Positions 35,994 to 47,544 are shown, numbered from the stretch's first letter. The stretch: 64,000 bases of DNA from an uncultured Gammaproteobacteria bacterium (GCA_964522435.1 CAZFUL010000005.1:21568-85567), one strand, 5' to 3'. Notes: generated by a model from the sequence alone, not told the origin. A program made the numbers and translations.

Positions 35994-38537
35994 TTATGGG
36001 CTGATGCGGGGGATAGTATTGGTATCTTTTTCTTCATCTATTTCCTCCTCATCAGGATAGGCATCTTCTTCATCACTGTCTTCTTCAGCCTCATCATCAA
36101 GCGGTTCATCGTCTCGGTCATCTGCAGTATCATCAGCATCAGTGTTGTCATCTTGTTCTTCCTCGGTATGCATATCGTCTTCGTCTTCCTCATCGAGGGC
36201 ATCATCTTCCTCAGGTTCTTCCTCATCAATTTCTTCTGTGTCTAATTGAGCAGGAGTAACTGGTTTTCGCTCATCTCTTTGTTTATATACATTTAATGAT
36301 TGTCCGGCATCCATGCTATGCATGTCTTTTTCTGAAAGCAAAATATCTCTGGGTTTTGCCCCATTTGCTGGACCAATAACACCTGCTTCTTCTAATTCAT
36401 CGAGTAAGCGCGCAGCGCGGGCATAACCCACTTTTAATTTTCTTTGTAAAAAGGAAGCACTTGCTTTTTTCGATTCAATAATAGCATGTTTCGCTTCTTC
36501 AAACAATGAATCTTGGTCATCATCTGGTCCACCAAACATGCTGGGCGTACTGCCAGATGATTGTTTGTCTGTAATAGATTCATCGTATACCGGTTCGTCG
36601 TCTCCGCGCAGATAATCAATAATATCTTTTGTTTCTTTTTCAGAAATATAGGCCCCCTGAATACGCACGGGTTTTGAAAAATCAGAGGTCATGAGTAACA
36701 TGTCTCCTTTTCCAATAAGTTTTTCTGCACCAGAGGTATCAAGAATGGTTCGAGAGTCAGTAAGGGAAGCGACCGAAAAAGCAATACGCGCAGGGATATT
36801 TGCTTTCATGAGCCCGGTAATCACGTCAACACTTGGTCGTTGTGTGGCAACAATTAAATGAATACCAACGGCGCGAGCCATTTGTGCAATACGAATAATC
36901 CCTGTTTCCACATCCGCAGAAGCGGTGACCATTAAGTCTGCTAATTCATCAATGATAAAAATAATATGTGGTAGTTTTTCTTTGGGGTGCGCTTGATTAT
37001 ACGAACCAATATCACGGTTTCCTGCTTTGCTCAGGACATCAAACCGTCTATCCATTTCTGCAATAGTCCAACGCAGGGCATTAATGGTTTTTTTCGTGTC
37101 GGTAATAACCGGCGTTAATAAGTGGGGGATACCATTATACAAGGTTAACTCAACGCGTTTCGGGTCAACCATAATAAAGCGTAACTCCTGTGCTGTATTT
37201 TGGTAGAGCAAACTGGTGATAATGGTATTCATACACACTGTTTTTCCAGAACCTGTTGAACCAGCAATAAGCAAGTGGGGCATGCGGGGTAAGTCCGCAA
37301 ACCACACCGTGCCAGCAACGTCTTTGCCTAAGCCAATCATCAGGTTGTGTTTGCGCTTTTTGTATTCTTTACTTTCAATTAATTCTCTCAGTGATACCAC
37401 GGCAGTCTTATTATTTGGTACCTCAATACCCACCAATGATTTTCCGGGGATAGGTGCTTCAATACGAATAGGGTGGGCAGCTAAGGCAAGAGCCAAGTCA
37501 TTGCCAAGGGTCGTAATACGGGTGAGTTTTACGCCACGCGCAGGTTTCATGGTGTATTGGGTCACTGTTGGTCCAACACGCACGTCTTGCATTTCTACCT
37601 CAATCTTAAATTCTCTAAAGGTATCTTTAATAATGCGTTGATTATCATCAATGTCTCCGCTCGTTGGTTTATCTTTGCGTACTTCTAATAAGGAAACAGA
37701 AGGTGGTTTACGAATAATTACGTGTTGTTGCCAAAAAGGCATGGTTGGTTCTGCAGGAATAAGGTGTGTTTTGGGATCACTGTCATCAGCACTTTCCTCA
37801 GTCTCTTCTTCCTCTTCTGTGTCATCTTCTTCACTTAGTTCTTCATCGTCCTCTTGAACCCGTTTTCGGGTAAAGCTGCGTTCTTCTTCCTCTGTGGTGT
37901 CTTCCTCGTTGTCTTCTTCGTCTGCTTCATCAATACGGCGTTCCTCTTCTTCTTGCTCTACAAATAGGGTATCCACACTTTGTTTTATGCCGCTGCCCAC
38001 AAAGCCCATTTTTTCCATGAGGCGTTTGTGGATGGTAACAAAGTGCGCAATAGAGGTGTTAAACATTAAAATAAGAGAAATAACGATAAGTCCAATCAAG
38101 ACCACAACGGATGCAATTGATCCTAAATAGGTTTTTAGAAGCCACGCAAGCATGCCAAATACGCCACCACCATTACCATCCAATGCCTGTTGCCACATGG
38201 TTTCTAGGGGAAAATGAAGATGCAGCAGGCTGGATGTTGTGAGAAAAAATAATAAGGCGCCAATACCATGGGTAGGGCGGTAGTTATATTTTTTGTCTGT
38301 AACCAAATACCAGGCTAATACAATAATAACAACAGGAACCACAAAGCGGATGCTTCCAAAAAAGAAGCTCAGGATCCATTCATTAATAATAATCCCTAAG
38401 GTGCCTGCTTGATTAAAGAAACTTAAAAAAGAAATGATTGCAAATAATAACAAAAGAATAGCAATCACTCCTCGTGATACTTCGTGTTGTTCTCTTTCCT
38501 TACGGCGGCGACTCATAGTGGAAATAGTATAGCACAC
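35994..38537 (-). CDS. ftsK: DNA translocase FtsK/SpoIIIE
   Basis: N-terminal TM domain, an acidic linker, motor Walker A GSTGSGKT, and a gamma-like winged-helix segment. It ends in an unusually long poly-acidic tail. Confidence 0.93.
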   Translation of the reverse strand: MCYTISTMSRRRKEREQHEVSRGVIAILLLLFAIISFLSFFNQAGTLGIIINEWILSFFFGSIRFVVPVVIIVLAWYLVTDKKYNYRPTHGIGALLFFLTTSSLLHLHFPLETMWQQALDGNGGGVFGMLAWLLKTYLGSIASVVVLIGLIVISLILMFNTSIAHFVTIHKRLMEKMGFVGSGIKQSVDTLFVEQEEEERRIDEADEEDNEEDTTEEEERSFTRKRVQEDDEELSEEDDTEEEEETEESADDSDPKTHLIPAEPTMPFWQQHVIIRKPPSVSLLEVRKDKPTSGDIDDNQRIIKDTFREFKIEVEMQDVRVGPTVTQYTMKPARGVKLTRITTLGNDLALALAAHPIRIEAPIPGKSLVGIEVPNNKTAVVSLRELIESKEYKKRKHNLMIGLGKDVAGTVWFADLPRMPHLLIAGSTGSGKTVCMNTIITSLLYQNTAQELRFIMVDPKRVELTLYNGIPHLLTPVITDTKKTINALRWTIAEMDRRFDVLSKAGNRDIGSYNQAHPKEKLPHIIFIIDELADLMVTASADVETGIIRIAQMARAVGIHLIVATQRPSVDVITGLMKANIPARIAFSVASLTDSRTILDTSGAEKLIGKGDMLLMTSDFSKPVRIQGAYISEKETKDIIDYLRGDDEPVYDESITDKQSSGSTPSMFGGPDDDQDSLFEEAKHAIIESKKASASFLQRKLKVGYARAARLLDELEEAGVIGPANGAKPRDILLSEKDMHSMDAGQSLNVYKQRDERKPVTPAQLDTEEIDEEEPEEDDALDEEDEDDMHTEEEQDDNTDADDTADDRDDEPLDDEAEEDSDEEDAYPDEEEIDEEKDTNTIPRISP

Positions 38538-38929
38538 TTTTTATTCGGGATATACCCGACGTCACTGCGCTCGGCTCGAGATGACATAATTTATGGTATG
38601 CTGACAGAGGTGGGCTAACTGTCCACATTATTCATTTGACAATTACGCTATAATCTATTATTATAGAGCAGCTTATAGATTACAGCGAAACGTCTTGATT
38701 TTTTGCTAAGTATAGCGGAATTCTGGATGTTAGACGCGCATGCGACGGTTTTTGCTCTTTGATTGCATCTTGCATATATACATTCTTCTCTAAGCGTATA
38801 CGCATGCATGAGAACATTATTAACAAGTAAATAAAAAGACGGATTTTCATAAAAGCCGCTTTTTTGTATTTTACACACAGATTTATCTATATTCAACTGG
38901 TATCACAATGTAATACCAATTGACTATAG

Positions 38930-41900
38930 ATGAATCGTTTAACTTTTTTTTCTCGCCCTATGCCTATCTACAAGCGTCAACCTACGACACAAAAGGAGCG
39001 AAAGTTCTTTACCCAACGTGCGCAAACCGCACAGCTCCCTGACTTAATTGGGACACAAAAATCATCATACCAATGGTTTTTGAATCAAGGGATTAAGGAT
39101 TTGTTTGAAGAAATTTCTCCGATCACCGACTTTACCGGGCGAGATTTGGAGCTCTATTTAGAAGACTATAGTATTGATGAGCCAAAATTTGATGAGCGCA
39201 CCAGTCGTGAAAAAAATATTTCATTTGAGGCACCATTACGGGTAAAAGCACGATTGATTAACAAACGAACCAAAGAAGAACAACTCCAAGAAATTTATTT
39301 GGGCGACATGCCAGTCATGACCGATCGCGGAACGTTTGTGGTAAATGGTATTGAACGGGTTATTATTTCTCAGCTTATTCGTAGTCCTGGCGCGTACTTT
39401 ACGGCAGAAAATGTTCGTGGTCGTCGTTACTATGGGGCAAAAATTATCCCTAACCGTGGGGCGTGGATTGAAATTGAAACAGACCAAAATAATGTTTTGT
39501 GGATTAAAGTAGACAGAAAACGCAAAGTAGCGGCAACAGCACTGTTGCGTGCCTTTGGTCATGGAAACAATGACGTGATTCTTGACTTGTTTAAAGAGGT
39601 AAATAATCACCCAAATATTGATTTTATTGAAGCGACTTTGAAAAAAGATATTTCTACCACAGAAGATGAAGGGTTGATTGAAGTATATAAACGTATTCGT
39701 CCGGGTGACCTTGCTACTGCAGATAATGCCCGTGGGTTAATTCACTCCATGTTTTTTAACTTTGATCGCTACGATTTGAGTCGTGTTGGGGTGTACAAAT
39801 TAGATGCAAAATTTGATTTGCATTTAGCTGACACAGATTTTGATAGTAAAGAACACCGTGTTCTTTCTCCAGAAAAACTAATTGCCGTCTTAAAAGAAGT
39901 GGTGCGCTTAAACGTGACCCAAGAAGAACCAGATGATATTGATCATTTGGGAAATCGTCGTATTCGTGCGATTGGAGAATTGGTACAAGACCGATTCCGC
40001 ATTGGGTTAGCCCGCATGGAACGTATTATTAAAGACCGCATGAGCACCTATGAATTAGAAGGATTGGTGCCAAATAAATTGATTAATGCACGACCCGTTA
40101 TTGGTGCGGTGCGAGAATTTTTCATGAGTTCTCAGTTGTCACAATTCATGGATCAAATTAATCCGCTTGCAGAATTGGAACATAAACGTCGTGTGTCTGC
40201 GCTTGGGCCAGGGGGGTTATCTCGTGACCGCGCAGGATTCGAAGTTCGTGACGTACATACCACTCACTATGGTCGTATTTGTCCCATTGCTACTCCAGAA
40301 GGACCAAACATCGGGTTGGTTGGCCACATGGCAAGTTATTCAAAAATTAACAGTTTTGGCTTTTTAGAAACTCCCTACCGTAAAGTGATTCACCGTGTAC
40401 CAAATGAAGCGCGCTTTACCGAAGGCGAAATTGCAGGAGAAGATATTGCGGGAGTCGTAAAGATGGGAGAAGATATTACTGCAGCCGTTGCGAAAAAATT
40501 AGAAGCAAAAAAAGAGCTGACAGAAGTACGCGTAAAACCTCGTGTATCAGATGAAGTGTTGTATTTAAATGCAACGCAAGAAGAACGATCGATTACCGCA
40601 AGTGCAACCACACCAATCGATGCGCGCGGCTACTTTTTGGTAGACAGAACACCAGCACGTATTCATGGAAAACCAGCACCAGCGGACATTGTTGATATTC
40701 AATATATCGACGTTGCGTCAAATCAAATTTTAAGTATTGCAACCAGTTTAATTCCATTTTTGGAACACGACGATGCGACCCGTGCGTTGATGGGAACAAA
40801 CATGCAGCGCCAAGCGGTTCCTTGTATTAATCCAGATGCACCACTTGTTGGAACTGGGGTAGAAAAAGCAGCAGCAGCCTATAGTGGGCATGTATTTTTT
40901 GCAGAAGAAGATGCAGAAGTAACCTATGTTGATGGTGGTCGTATTGAATTAACCGGAAAAAAAGGAAAAGTATACACCTATCAATTAAATAAATTTATTC
41001 GATCAAATGCGTCTAGTTGTATTAACCAACGTCCTACGGTGAGCCTTGGTCAAAAAGTGAAAAAAGGTGAACCGTTGTGTGATGGACCAAGTATTCAACA
41101 TGGTGAGTTAGCGCTTGGACAAAATGTGTTGGTTGCCTACATGGTATGGGATGGATACAACTACGAAGATGCGATTATTTTATCAGAACGCATGGTGCAA
41201 CGAGATCGCTACACCTCTGTTCAGATTGAAAATTATGTTACCGATGTTCGCGAAACAAAACTTGGACCGGAAGTCGTAACGAGTGATATTCCAAATGTTG
41301 CGGAAGAAAAATTAAAAAATCTTGACTCTGAAGGAATTGTGCGTGTTGGAGCTGAAGTAAAATCTGGAGACATTTTGGTTGGAAAAATTACGCCAAAAGG
41401 AGAAACCGAATTAACTCCAGAAGAACGCTTATTGCGCGCGATCTTTGGAGAAAAAGCACGCGATGTCCGTGATTCTTCATTGTATTTAGAACATGGTGAA
41501 CATGGAAAAGTTATTGATGTAAAAGTATTCTCAGCAGACGAAGGTGATAAATTGCAACCTGGGGTAAACAAACAAGTACAAGTAACGGTTGCCGACATGC
41601 GTAAAATTCAAGTCGGAGATAAAATGGCAGGACGTCATGGAAACAAAGGGGTTATTTCTCGTGTTGTTCCGGTAGAAGACATGCCATTTTTAGATGATGG
41701 AACACCCGTGGATATTATTCTTTCTCCACTCGGGGTTATTTCTCGTATGAACTTGGGGCAATTGCTCGAAACCCATCTTGGGTTAGCAGCAAATGCGTTA
41801 GGATACCGTATCGCTACCCCCGTGTTAGATGGTATTACCGAAGAACAAATTAAAGGAGAATTAGCAGCAGCAGGATTTACGACTGATGGACAATTACAAT

Positions 41901-42400
41901 TGTTTGATGGAAGAACAGGCGAACCGTTTGATAGTAAAACTACCGTGGGGTATAACTATATGTTAAAACTCAACCATATGGTTGAAGATAAAATGCACCA
42001 ACGGTCTATTGGTCCATACTCATTAATTACCCAACAACCGTTGGGAGGAAAAGCCCAATTTGGTGGACAACGGTTTGGGGAAATGGAAGTGTGGGCGCTA
42101 GAAGCATATGGCGCGGCACATACCTTGCAAGAAATTTTGACAATCAAATCAGATGATGTTCCTGGTCGGTCAAAAGCCTATGAATCTATTATTAAAGGTG
42201 AAGCAATTACCAGAGTAAACTTACCAGAATCCTTTAATGTGTTAGTGCGTGAATTGAAAGGGTTAGCCCTTGACGTAGAAGTGTTAAAAGAACACCAAGG
42301 ACAATACTTACCCGTAGAAGAGGCAAAAGCGCTTAGTCGAGAAGACGCGTCTCTTGATCCGAAAAAAGAGGGAGCGCCAGAAGAAGCTGCGTCATTTTAG
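38930..42400 (+). CDS. rpoB: DNA-directed RNA polymerase subunit beta
   Basis: Canonical RpoB blocks throughout. The start may be at Met11 (38960). Confidence 0.97.
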   Translation: MNRLTFFSRPMPIYKRQPTTQKERKFFTQRAQTAQLPDLIGTQKSSYQWFLNQGIKDLFEEISPITDFTGRDLELYLEDYSIDEPKFDERTSREKNISFEAPLRVKARLINKRTKEEQLQEIYLGDMPVMTDRGTFVVNGIERVIISQLIRSPGAYFTAENVRGRRYYGAKIIPNRGAWIEIETDQNNVLWIKVDRKRKVAATALLRAFGHGNNDVILDLFKEVNNHPNIDFIEATLKKDISTTEDEGLIEVYKRIRPGDLATADNARGLIHSMFFNFDRYDLSRVGVYKLDAKFDLHLADTDFDSKEHRVLSPEKLIAVLKEVVRLNVTQEEPDDIDHLGNRRIRAIGELVQDRFRIGLARMERIIKDRMSTYELEGLVPNKLINARPVIGAVREFFMSSQLSQFMDQINPLAELEHKRRVSALGPGGLSRDRAGFEVRDVHTTHYGRICPIATPEGPNIGLVGHMASYSKINSFGFLETPYRKVIHRVPNEARFTEGEIAGEDIAGVVKMGEDITAAVAKKLEAKKELTEVRVKPRVSDEVLYLNATQEERSITASATTPIDARGYFLVDRTPARIHGKPAPADIVDIQYIDVASNQILSIATSLIPFLEHDDATRALMGTNMQRQAVPCINPDAPLVGTGVEKAAAAYSGHVFFAEEDAEVTYVDGGRIELTGKKGKVYTYQLNKFIRSNASSCINQRPTVSLGQKVKKGEPLCDGPSIQHGELALGQNVLVAYMVWDGYNYEDAIILSERMVQRDRYTSVQIENYVTDVRETKLGPEVVTSDIPNVAEEKLKNLDSEGIVRVGAEVKSGDILVGKITPKGETELTPEERLLRAIFGEKARDVRDSSLYLEHGEHGKVIDVKVFSADEGDKLQPGVNKQVQVTVADMRKIQVGDKMAGRHGNKGVISRVVPVEDMPFLDDGTPVDIILSPLGVISRMNLGQLLETHLGLAANALGYRIATPVLDGITEEQIKGELAAAGFTTDGQLQLFDGRTGEPFDSKTTVGYNYMLKLNHMVEDKMHQRSIGPYSLITQQPLGGKAQFGGQRFGEMEVWALEAYGAAHTLQEILTIKSDDVPGRSKAYESIIKGEAITRVNLPESFNVLVRELKGLALDVEVLKEHQGQYLPVEEAKALSREDASLDPKKEGAPEEAASF

Positions 42401-42421
42401 TCATCACTCACTTATCTTTCC

Positions 42422-45400
42422 TTGCATATGAGCCGTCAACAACACATTAGTCTCAAGGATTTTGATGCATTAGCGCTGCGCGTTGCATCTCCTGAGGTTA
42501 TTCGTCGCTGGTCACATGGTGAAATTACCAAACCAGAAACTATTAATTATCGTACACAAAAACCAGAAAAAGCTGGGTTATTTGCCGAAGAAATTTTTGG
42601 GCCTACCAAAGATTGGGAATGTTATTGTGGAAAATATAAAAAAATTCGATATAAAGGAATTGTCTGTGATAAATGTGGCGTAGAAGTAACCCATTCACTC
42701 GTTCGTCGTGAACGCATGGGACATATTGAACTCTCTAGTCCAGTAAGTCACATTTGGTTTTTTCGCTCTATTCCATCAAAGATTGGTTTGGTATTGGATT
42801 TATCAATTCAGTCATTAGAAAAAGTTATTTACTTTGCGTCTTTTATTATTACGCAAGTGGATGAAGAAGAAAAAGCAACGATTGAACAAGCCTTGAAAGA
42901 AGAATATAAACAAAAGAAAAAACAATTAGAAAAAGAATCAGAAAAGCGTATTGCTGATTTAGGAGAGGGTGCAAAGAAAGCGGACATCAAAGCAGTAGAA
43001 GATGTTCGTGATGAAAAATTGGCAGCGCTTGACGCTGACATGGAAAGTGCCTCTGAAGAATTAAAAGATATTCACATGTTGAATATTATTTCAGAAGCGC
43101 GCTATCAAGAATTGGCATTACGCTATGGCCACATGTTTGAAGCAGAAATTGGTGCAGAAGCCATTCGTCGCTTGCTTGAAAAAATTGATTTGGATCAAAC
43201 CATTGAACGATTAAGTGTTGAATCTGAAAAAAGCAAAGGAGCAAAACGAGAACGTTTGGTGCGCCGCTTAAAATTGTTAAAAAGTTTCAACAAAAATGAT
43301 ATTCGTCCAGAATGGATGGTGTTAACTGCGATTCCTGTTATTCCACCAGATTTACGTCCTATGGTGGCACTCGATGGTGGTCGTTTTGCAACCAGTGATT
43401 TAAACGATTTATATCGTCGCGTAATTAACAGAAACAATCGGTTAAAACGGTTACAAACATTAAATGCACCAGAAGTTATTTGCCGAAATGAAAAACGCAT
43501 GTTGCAAGAAGCAGTCGATGCATTAATTGATAACAATGCTCGTGCAACCAAAACCGTGACTGCGTCAACCGGACAAAAACGTCAGTTGCGTTCATTGGCA
43601 GATATTTTGAAAGGAAAACAAGGTCGTTTCCGCCAAAACTTACTTGGAAAACGCGTGGATTATTCTGGTCGTTCTGTTATTGTGGTTGGACCACGCTTGA
43701 ATATTGATGAATGTGGCTTGCCAAAGAAAATGGCACTTGAGTTGTTCAAACCCTTTGTCATGGCAGAAATTATTAAACGGGAATTAGCGCACAATGTTCG
43801 GAGTGCATCTCGGTTTATTGAAACCAACGCACCAGAAGTGTGGGATATTTTGGAAGATTTGATTAAAACCCGCCGTGTGTTATTAAACCGTGCACCTACC
43901 TTGCACCGTTTAGGTATTCAAGCATTTAAACCAACATTGGTTGAAGGAAAAGCAATTCGTCTTCATCCATTGGTTACTCCACCATTTAATGCGGACTTTG
44001 ACGGAGATCAAATGGCCGTGCATCTTCCATTAACAGAAGAGTCTGTTTGGGAAGCAGAAAATTTAATGGCGGCAGAAAAAAATATTTTAAAACCAGCAAC
44101 CGGAAAACCAGCGATTACCCCACAACAAGACGTTGCGCTTGGTTGTTATTACTTAACCAAGTATGTGGAAACAGATAAAGCAGAAGTAACAAGAGTATTT
44201 GCAAATGTTACCGAAGCAAAATATGCGTACAAAACACGCCATATTGGGTTAAAAGATCGTATTAAAATTCGTTTTGCTGATCTCACAAAATTTGAAAAAG
44301 GAACACCATCAATTGTCGAAACTTCTATTGGTCGTGTGTTCTTTAATGAAATTCTTCCAGAAAAACTTCCCTTCTATAATGAAACCATTACCAAAAAACA
44401 TTTGGGCATTATCATTGGATTGTTACTCGAGTTATACGGACAAGAAGAAACCGCGTACGTTCTTGATAAAATGAAATCTCTTGGATTTAAATATGTTACC
44501 AAATCAGGATACTCATTGGGTATGGACCAATTTGGTCGTATTGAAGAGAAAAAAGCATTGCTCGAAAAAGGGGATGCAGAAGTACAAATGGTAGAAGAAC
44601 AATATCAAGAAGGGTTATTAACCGATTCTGAACGTCATGCAAAAATTCTTGAAATTTGGACCGATATTAAAGAACGCGTTATTTCTCATAACAAAGAAGC
44701 AATTGATAAAGACGGCTCTGTATTTGCCATGATCGACTCTGGTGCTCGTGGAAGTTGGGGACAATTAGGGCAGGTTATTGGTATGAAAGGGTTGGTTGCC
44801 TCTCCAACCGGAGATATTATCGAATTGCCGGTAAAAGGAAACTTTAAAGAAGGGTTCGATGTATTGGAATTCTTTATTTCTAGTCATGGTACCAGAAAAG
44901 GGTTATCCGACACCGCGCTTCGTACCGCAAACGCAGGATACTTAACACGTCGTTTGGTGGATGTTGCACAAGATGTGGTGGTGCGAGAAGACGATTGTGG
45001 CGATAAGCAAGGAGAAGTCATTACCAAAGCGCAAAGTGAACACATGGGCAAAAAATTATCAGAACGCGTTGTGGGTCGCTTTGTGTTAGCAGATGTTGTT
45101 GGTAAAGACGGCAATGTTATTTTAAAGAAAAAAGAACTCGTTACTCAAGCAGCCTCACGCGATATTGATGACATGGGTGTTGAAGACGTGCATGTACGCA
45201 GTGTGTTGCAATGTAAACTTGCAAAAGGAATTTGTATTAAATGTTACGGCGCGGATTTAAGTACCAATGATGTGGTAGAAAAAGGGATGGCCGCTGGAGT
45301 TATTGCTGCACAATCTATTGGGGAACCTGGTACTCAGCTTACCATGCGTACCTTCCATCTTGGGGGGGTTGCTGGTGGTGGAGATATTACCCAAGGGTTG

Positions 45401-46312
45401 CCTCGTGTAGAAGAATTATTTGAAGCACGTACTCCAAAACGTAAAGCAATTCTTGCCGAAGTTGGTGGAACCGTAGAAGTAGAAGATGCGGATGGGAAAA
45501 TTATCACCAGCCCGTCTGGAAGAAAAGTATTTGAAGGTCGTCGAGGACAAAAAATCGTTAAAGTGCATTTTGATGGCATTGATGAAATGGAAATCAAAAT
45601 TAGCAAAGCCGATGATATTAAAGTTGCGGATGGTGATAAAGTGAAAAAAGACGAAATACTCGTTATCCTTGGTTCTTCTGGAGAAAAAGTATTGGCAGAG
45701 TACAACGGAACAGTGCGTGTTGAAAAACGTCGTATTGTCTTAAACTACGAAGGTCGCCATACCAAAGAATATATTATTCCAATTGGATATAAATTGTGGG
45801 TAAAAAATGGAGATGTTATTGAAAAAGGTGCGCAGCTCAGTGAAGGAAGTATTGATTTGAAAGAATTGTTCTTGTTAAAAGGACGAGATGCGGTACAACG
45901 CTATGTCTTGGAAGAAATTCAATATATCTATTCTTCACAAGGGCAAACCTTAAATGATAAACATATTGAAATTATCATTAAACAACTCTTCTCTCGTGTG
46001 TATATTGAAGATCCAGGAGATACTGATTTACTCCCAGGTGAGGTGTTAGAAAAAACACAATGGATGCTTGCAAATCAAGAAGTAGAAGCGGAAGGCAAAA
46101 CCCCAGCAAACGCACGCGAATTGTTCTTGGGTATTAGTAAAGTTGCGTTGTCTACACAAAGTTTCTTGTCAGCAGCAAGTTTCCAAGAAACATCAAAAGT
46201 GTTGATCAACGCCGCGATCACTGGAAAAGTAGACTTCTTAGAAGGGTTAAAAGAAAATGTGATTATTGGTCGCTTGATTCCTGTAGGAACAGGATTCAAG
46301 AGTCGAGAATAA
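42422..46312 (+). CDS. rpoC: DNA-directed RNA polymerase subunit beta'
   Basis: Zn-binding Cys cluster and NADFDGD catalytic motif. Confidence 0.97.
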   Translation: MHMSRQQHISLKDFDALALRVASPEVIRRWSHGEITKPETINYRTQKPEKAGLFAEEIFGPTKDWECYCGKYKKIRYKGIVCDKCGVEVTHSLVRRERMGHIELSSPVSHIWFFRSIPSKIGLVLDLSIQSLEKVIYFASFIITQVDEEEKATIEQALKEEYKQKKKQLEKESEKRIADLGEGAKKADIKAVEDVRDEKLAALDADMESASEELKDIHMLNIISEARYQELALRYGHMFEAEIGAEAIRRLLEKIDLDQTIERLSVESEKSKGAKRERLVRRLKLLKSFNKNDIRPEWMVLTAIPVIPPDLRPMVALDGGRFATSDLNDLYRRVINRNNRLKRLQTLNAPEVICRNEKRMLQEAVDALIDNNARATKTVTASTGQKRQLRSLADILKGKQGRFRQNLLGKRVDYSGRSVIVVGPRLNIDECGLPKKMALELFKPFVMAEIIKRELAHNVRSASRFIETNAPEVWDILEDLIKTRRVLLNRAPTLHRLGIQAFKPTLVEGKAIRLHPLVTPPFNADFDGDQMAVHLPLTEESVWEAENLMAAEKNILKPATGKPAITPQQDVALGCYYLTKYVETDKAEVTRVFANVTEAKYAYKTRHIGLKDRIKIRFADLTKFEKGTPSIVETSIGRVFFNEILPEKLPFYNETITKKHLGIIIGLLLELYGQEETAYVLDKMKSLGFKYVTKSGYSLGMDQFGRIEEKKALLEKGDAEVQMVEEQYQEGLLTDSERHAKILEIWTDIKERVISHNKEAIDKDGSVFAMIDSGARGSWGQLGQVIGMKGLVASPTGDIIELPVKGNFKEGFDVLEFFISSHGTRKGLSDTALRTANAGYLTRRLVDVAQDVVVREDDCGDKQGEVITKAQSEHMGKKLSERVVGRFVLADVVGKDGNVILKKKELVTQAASRDIDDMGVEDVHVRSVLQCKLAKGICIKCYGADLSTNDVVEKGMAAGVIAAQSIGEPGTQLTMRTFHLGGVAGGGDITQGLPRVEELFEARTPKRKAILAEVGGTVEVEDADGKIITSPSGRKVFEGRRGQKIVKVHFDGIDEMEIKISKADDIKVADGDKVKKDEILVILGSSGEKVLAEYNGTVRVEKRRIVLNYEGRHTKEYIIPIGYKLWVKNGDVIEKGAQLSEGSIDLKELFLLKGRDAVQRYVLEEIQYIYSSQGQTLNDKHIEIIIKQLFSRVYIEDPGDTDLLPGEVLEKTQWMLANQEVEAEGKTPANARELFLGISKVALSTQSFLSAASFQETSKVLINAAITGKVDFLEGLKENVIIGRLIPVGTGFKSRE

Positions 46313-46325
46313 TCCAATAGTTGAA

Positions 46326-46358
46326 TTAAAAAATCCCGATTACATCGGGATTTTTTTA
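46326..46358 (+). terminator. intrinsic terminator after rpoC
   Basis: aatcccgattacatcgggatttttttat. Confidence 0.8.
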
Positions 46359-46428
46359 TAGTTGACAGAGCTTTCTTTTTTAGGATAGTCTATGAACGTT
46401 CTCATCACTGAAACAAAAGGAATACACC

Positions 46429-46848
46429 ATGCTCATTTTCGTGTTAAGCGCAGAAATGCACGGCATTGTGGCAATCCGTGCCATCCTGAACGGGGTGGAA
46501 GCACCGCTCCAATTCAATGTGGATCCTCTTGCGATTATGGAACAAGTGGTACGTGACCGAGATTATACCGAAGACCGACCCATCATCATCGCGGCGACGC
46601 ATTTTGAGGTCAATGATCATGTGGCGCTCAGTATCTTCGCCATGGCCGTGAAGCGCATGGATCCGCGTGCGTGGGTGTTTGCCTATTCTATGATGGCCTT
46701 GAGCTCCGAAGACCGAGGGGAACACCTCGACGGTGTTATCCCCAAGGGGGTAGAAGGAGTAGACAAGCTTATCGAGTTTCTCCAGGCCGATCCTCAAAAG
46801 GCAAAAACCTTGGCAGAGCTCAAAGCGCAGTTTCCTTGGCTGAAGTAG
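46429..46848 (+). CDS. hypothetical protein in a small high-GC islet
   Basis: 139 aa. GC is clearly above the flanks, and hairpins/terminators lie on both sides (46326-46358, 46868-46905, 46921-46950). Confidence 0.4.
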   Translation: MLIFVLSAEMHGIVAIRAILNGVEAPLQFNVDPLAIMEQVVRDRDYTEDRPIIIAATHFEVNDHVALSIFAMAVKRMDPRAWVFAYSMMALSSEDRGEHLDGVIPKGVEGVDKLIEFLQADPQKAKTLAELKAQFPWLK

Positions 46849-46920
46849 CCAAGAAAGGAGAAAAAATCCCTTTGCCTGTGTTGTTCCTTTAACACCAGCA
46901 AAGGGAATGACACACAATAT

Positions 46921-46950
46921 AAAAAACCCCGATTAGCTCGGGGTTTTTTT
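46921..46950 (+). terminator. intrinsic terminator
   Basis: aaaaaaccccgattagctcggggttttttt. Confidence 0.75.
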
Positions 46951-46974
46951 AGTATGGTTGAAAAAGCGTATTGA

Positions 46975-47427
46975 TTATGTCTCTACATGGAGCATCCATT
47001 TTTGTATGCTGCCATCAGAAGAATGCCAGGCCGCAATAAATTGAGGGATGGGTAATTCGTAGCCATCACCATTTTTTGGATCAGCAAATATAATATGTGC
47101 TTCTGTGATGCCTTTTACCACCGCAAAATGACCCACGCCAGAAACAGGATTAAGATAATTAACGATTACCGGTGCATTGTTTTGTAAGGCGGCAATAATA
47201 TCTGTCGTATCTGCGGGGTAGGTGACCTTTGCCTGTAGGCCATATGTTTGTAGGGCAAGGGGCATGCGCGCATTGTCTGTGCCTTTGCCTGGTTGCGCAT
47301 CACACATGTTTTGAATTGTTTCAACATCAAAAGGAATACGGTAGTACAACAACAGCATTTCAATACACACTGGCCCGCAAGAATAATTATCTTGTTGGGC
47401 AATATACGGCAGGGATAACAATAGCAT
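46975..47427 (-). CDS. papain-like cysteine peptidase (C39-like)
   Basis: N-terminal catalytic Cys in QQDNYSCGPVC, and a His in GVGHFAVV. Confidence 0.55.
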   Translation of the reverse strand: MLLLSLPYIAQQDNYSCGPVCIEMLLLYYRIPFDVETIQNMCDAQPGKGTDNARMPLALQTYGLQAKVTYPADTTDIIAALQNNAPVIVNYLNPVSGVGHFAVVKGITEAHIIFADPKNGDGYELPIPQFIAAWHSSDGSIQKWMLHVET

Positions 47428-47544
47428 ACCGAAGCTATGTATAAAAAAATAATATATCTCATGGAAGAGATATATTATGAATGTGCAATAGAATACGGGT
47501 TTTTTTGCTTTTTGTCAATCAGGGGCCTATCAATTAAGTAAGAA

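Noticed and set aside
38640-38670. TTGACA followed closely by TATAAT upstream of rpoB
   Set aside because: The spacer is only 7 nt, so this is not a functional sigma70 promoter as read. The real rpoB promoter is probably elsewhere in the 390-bp leader.
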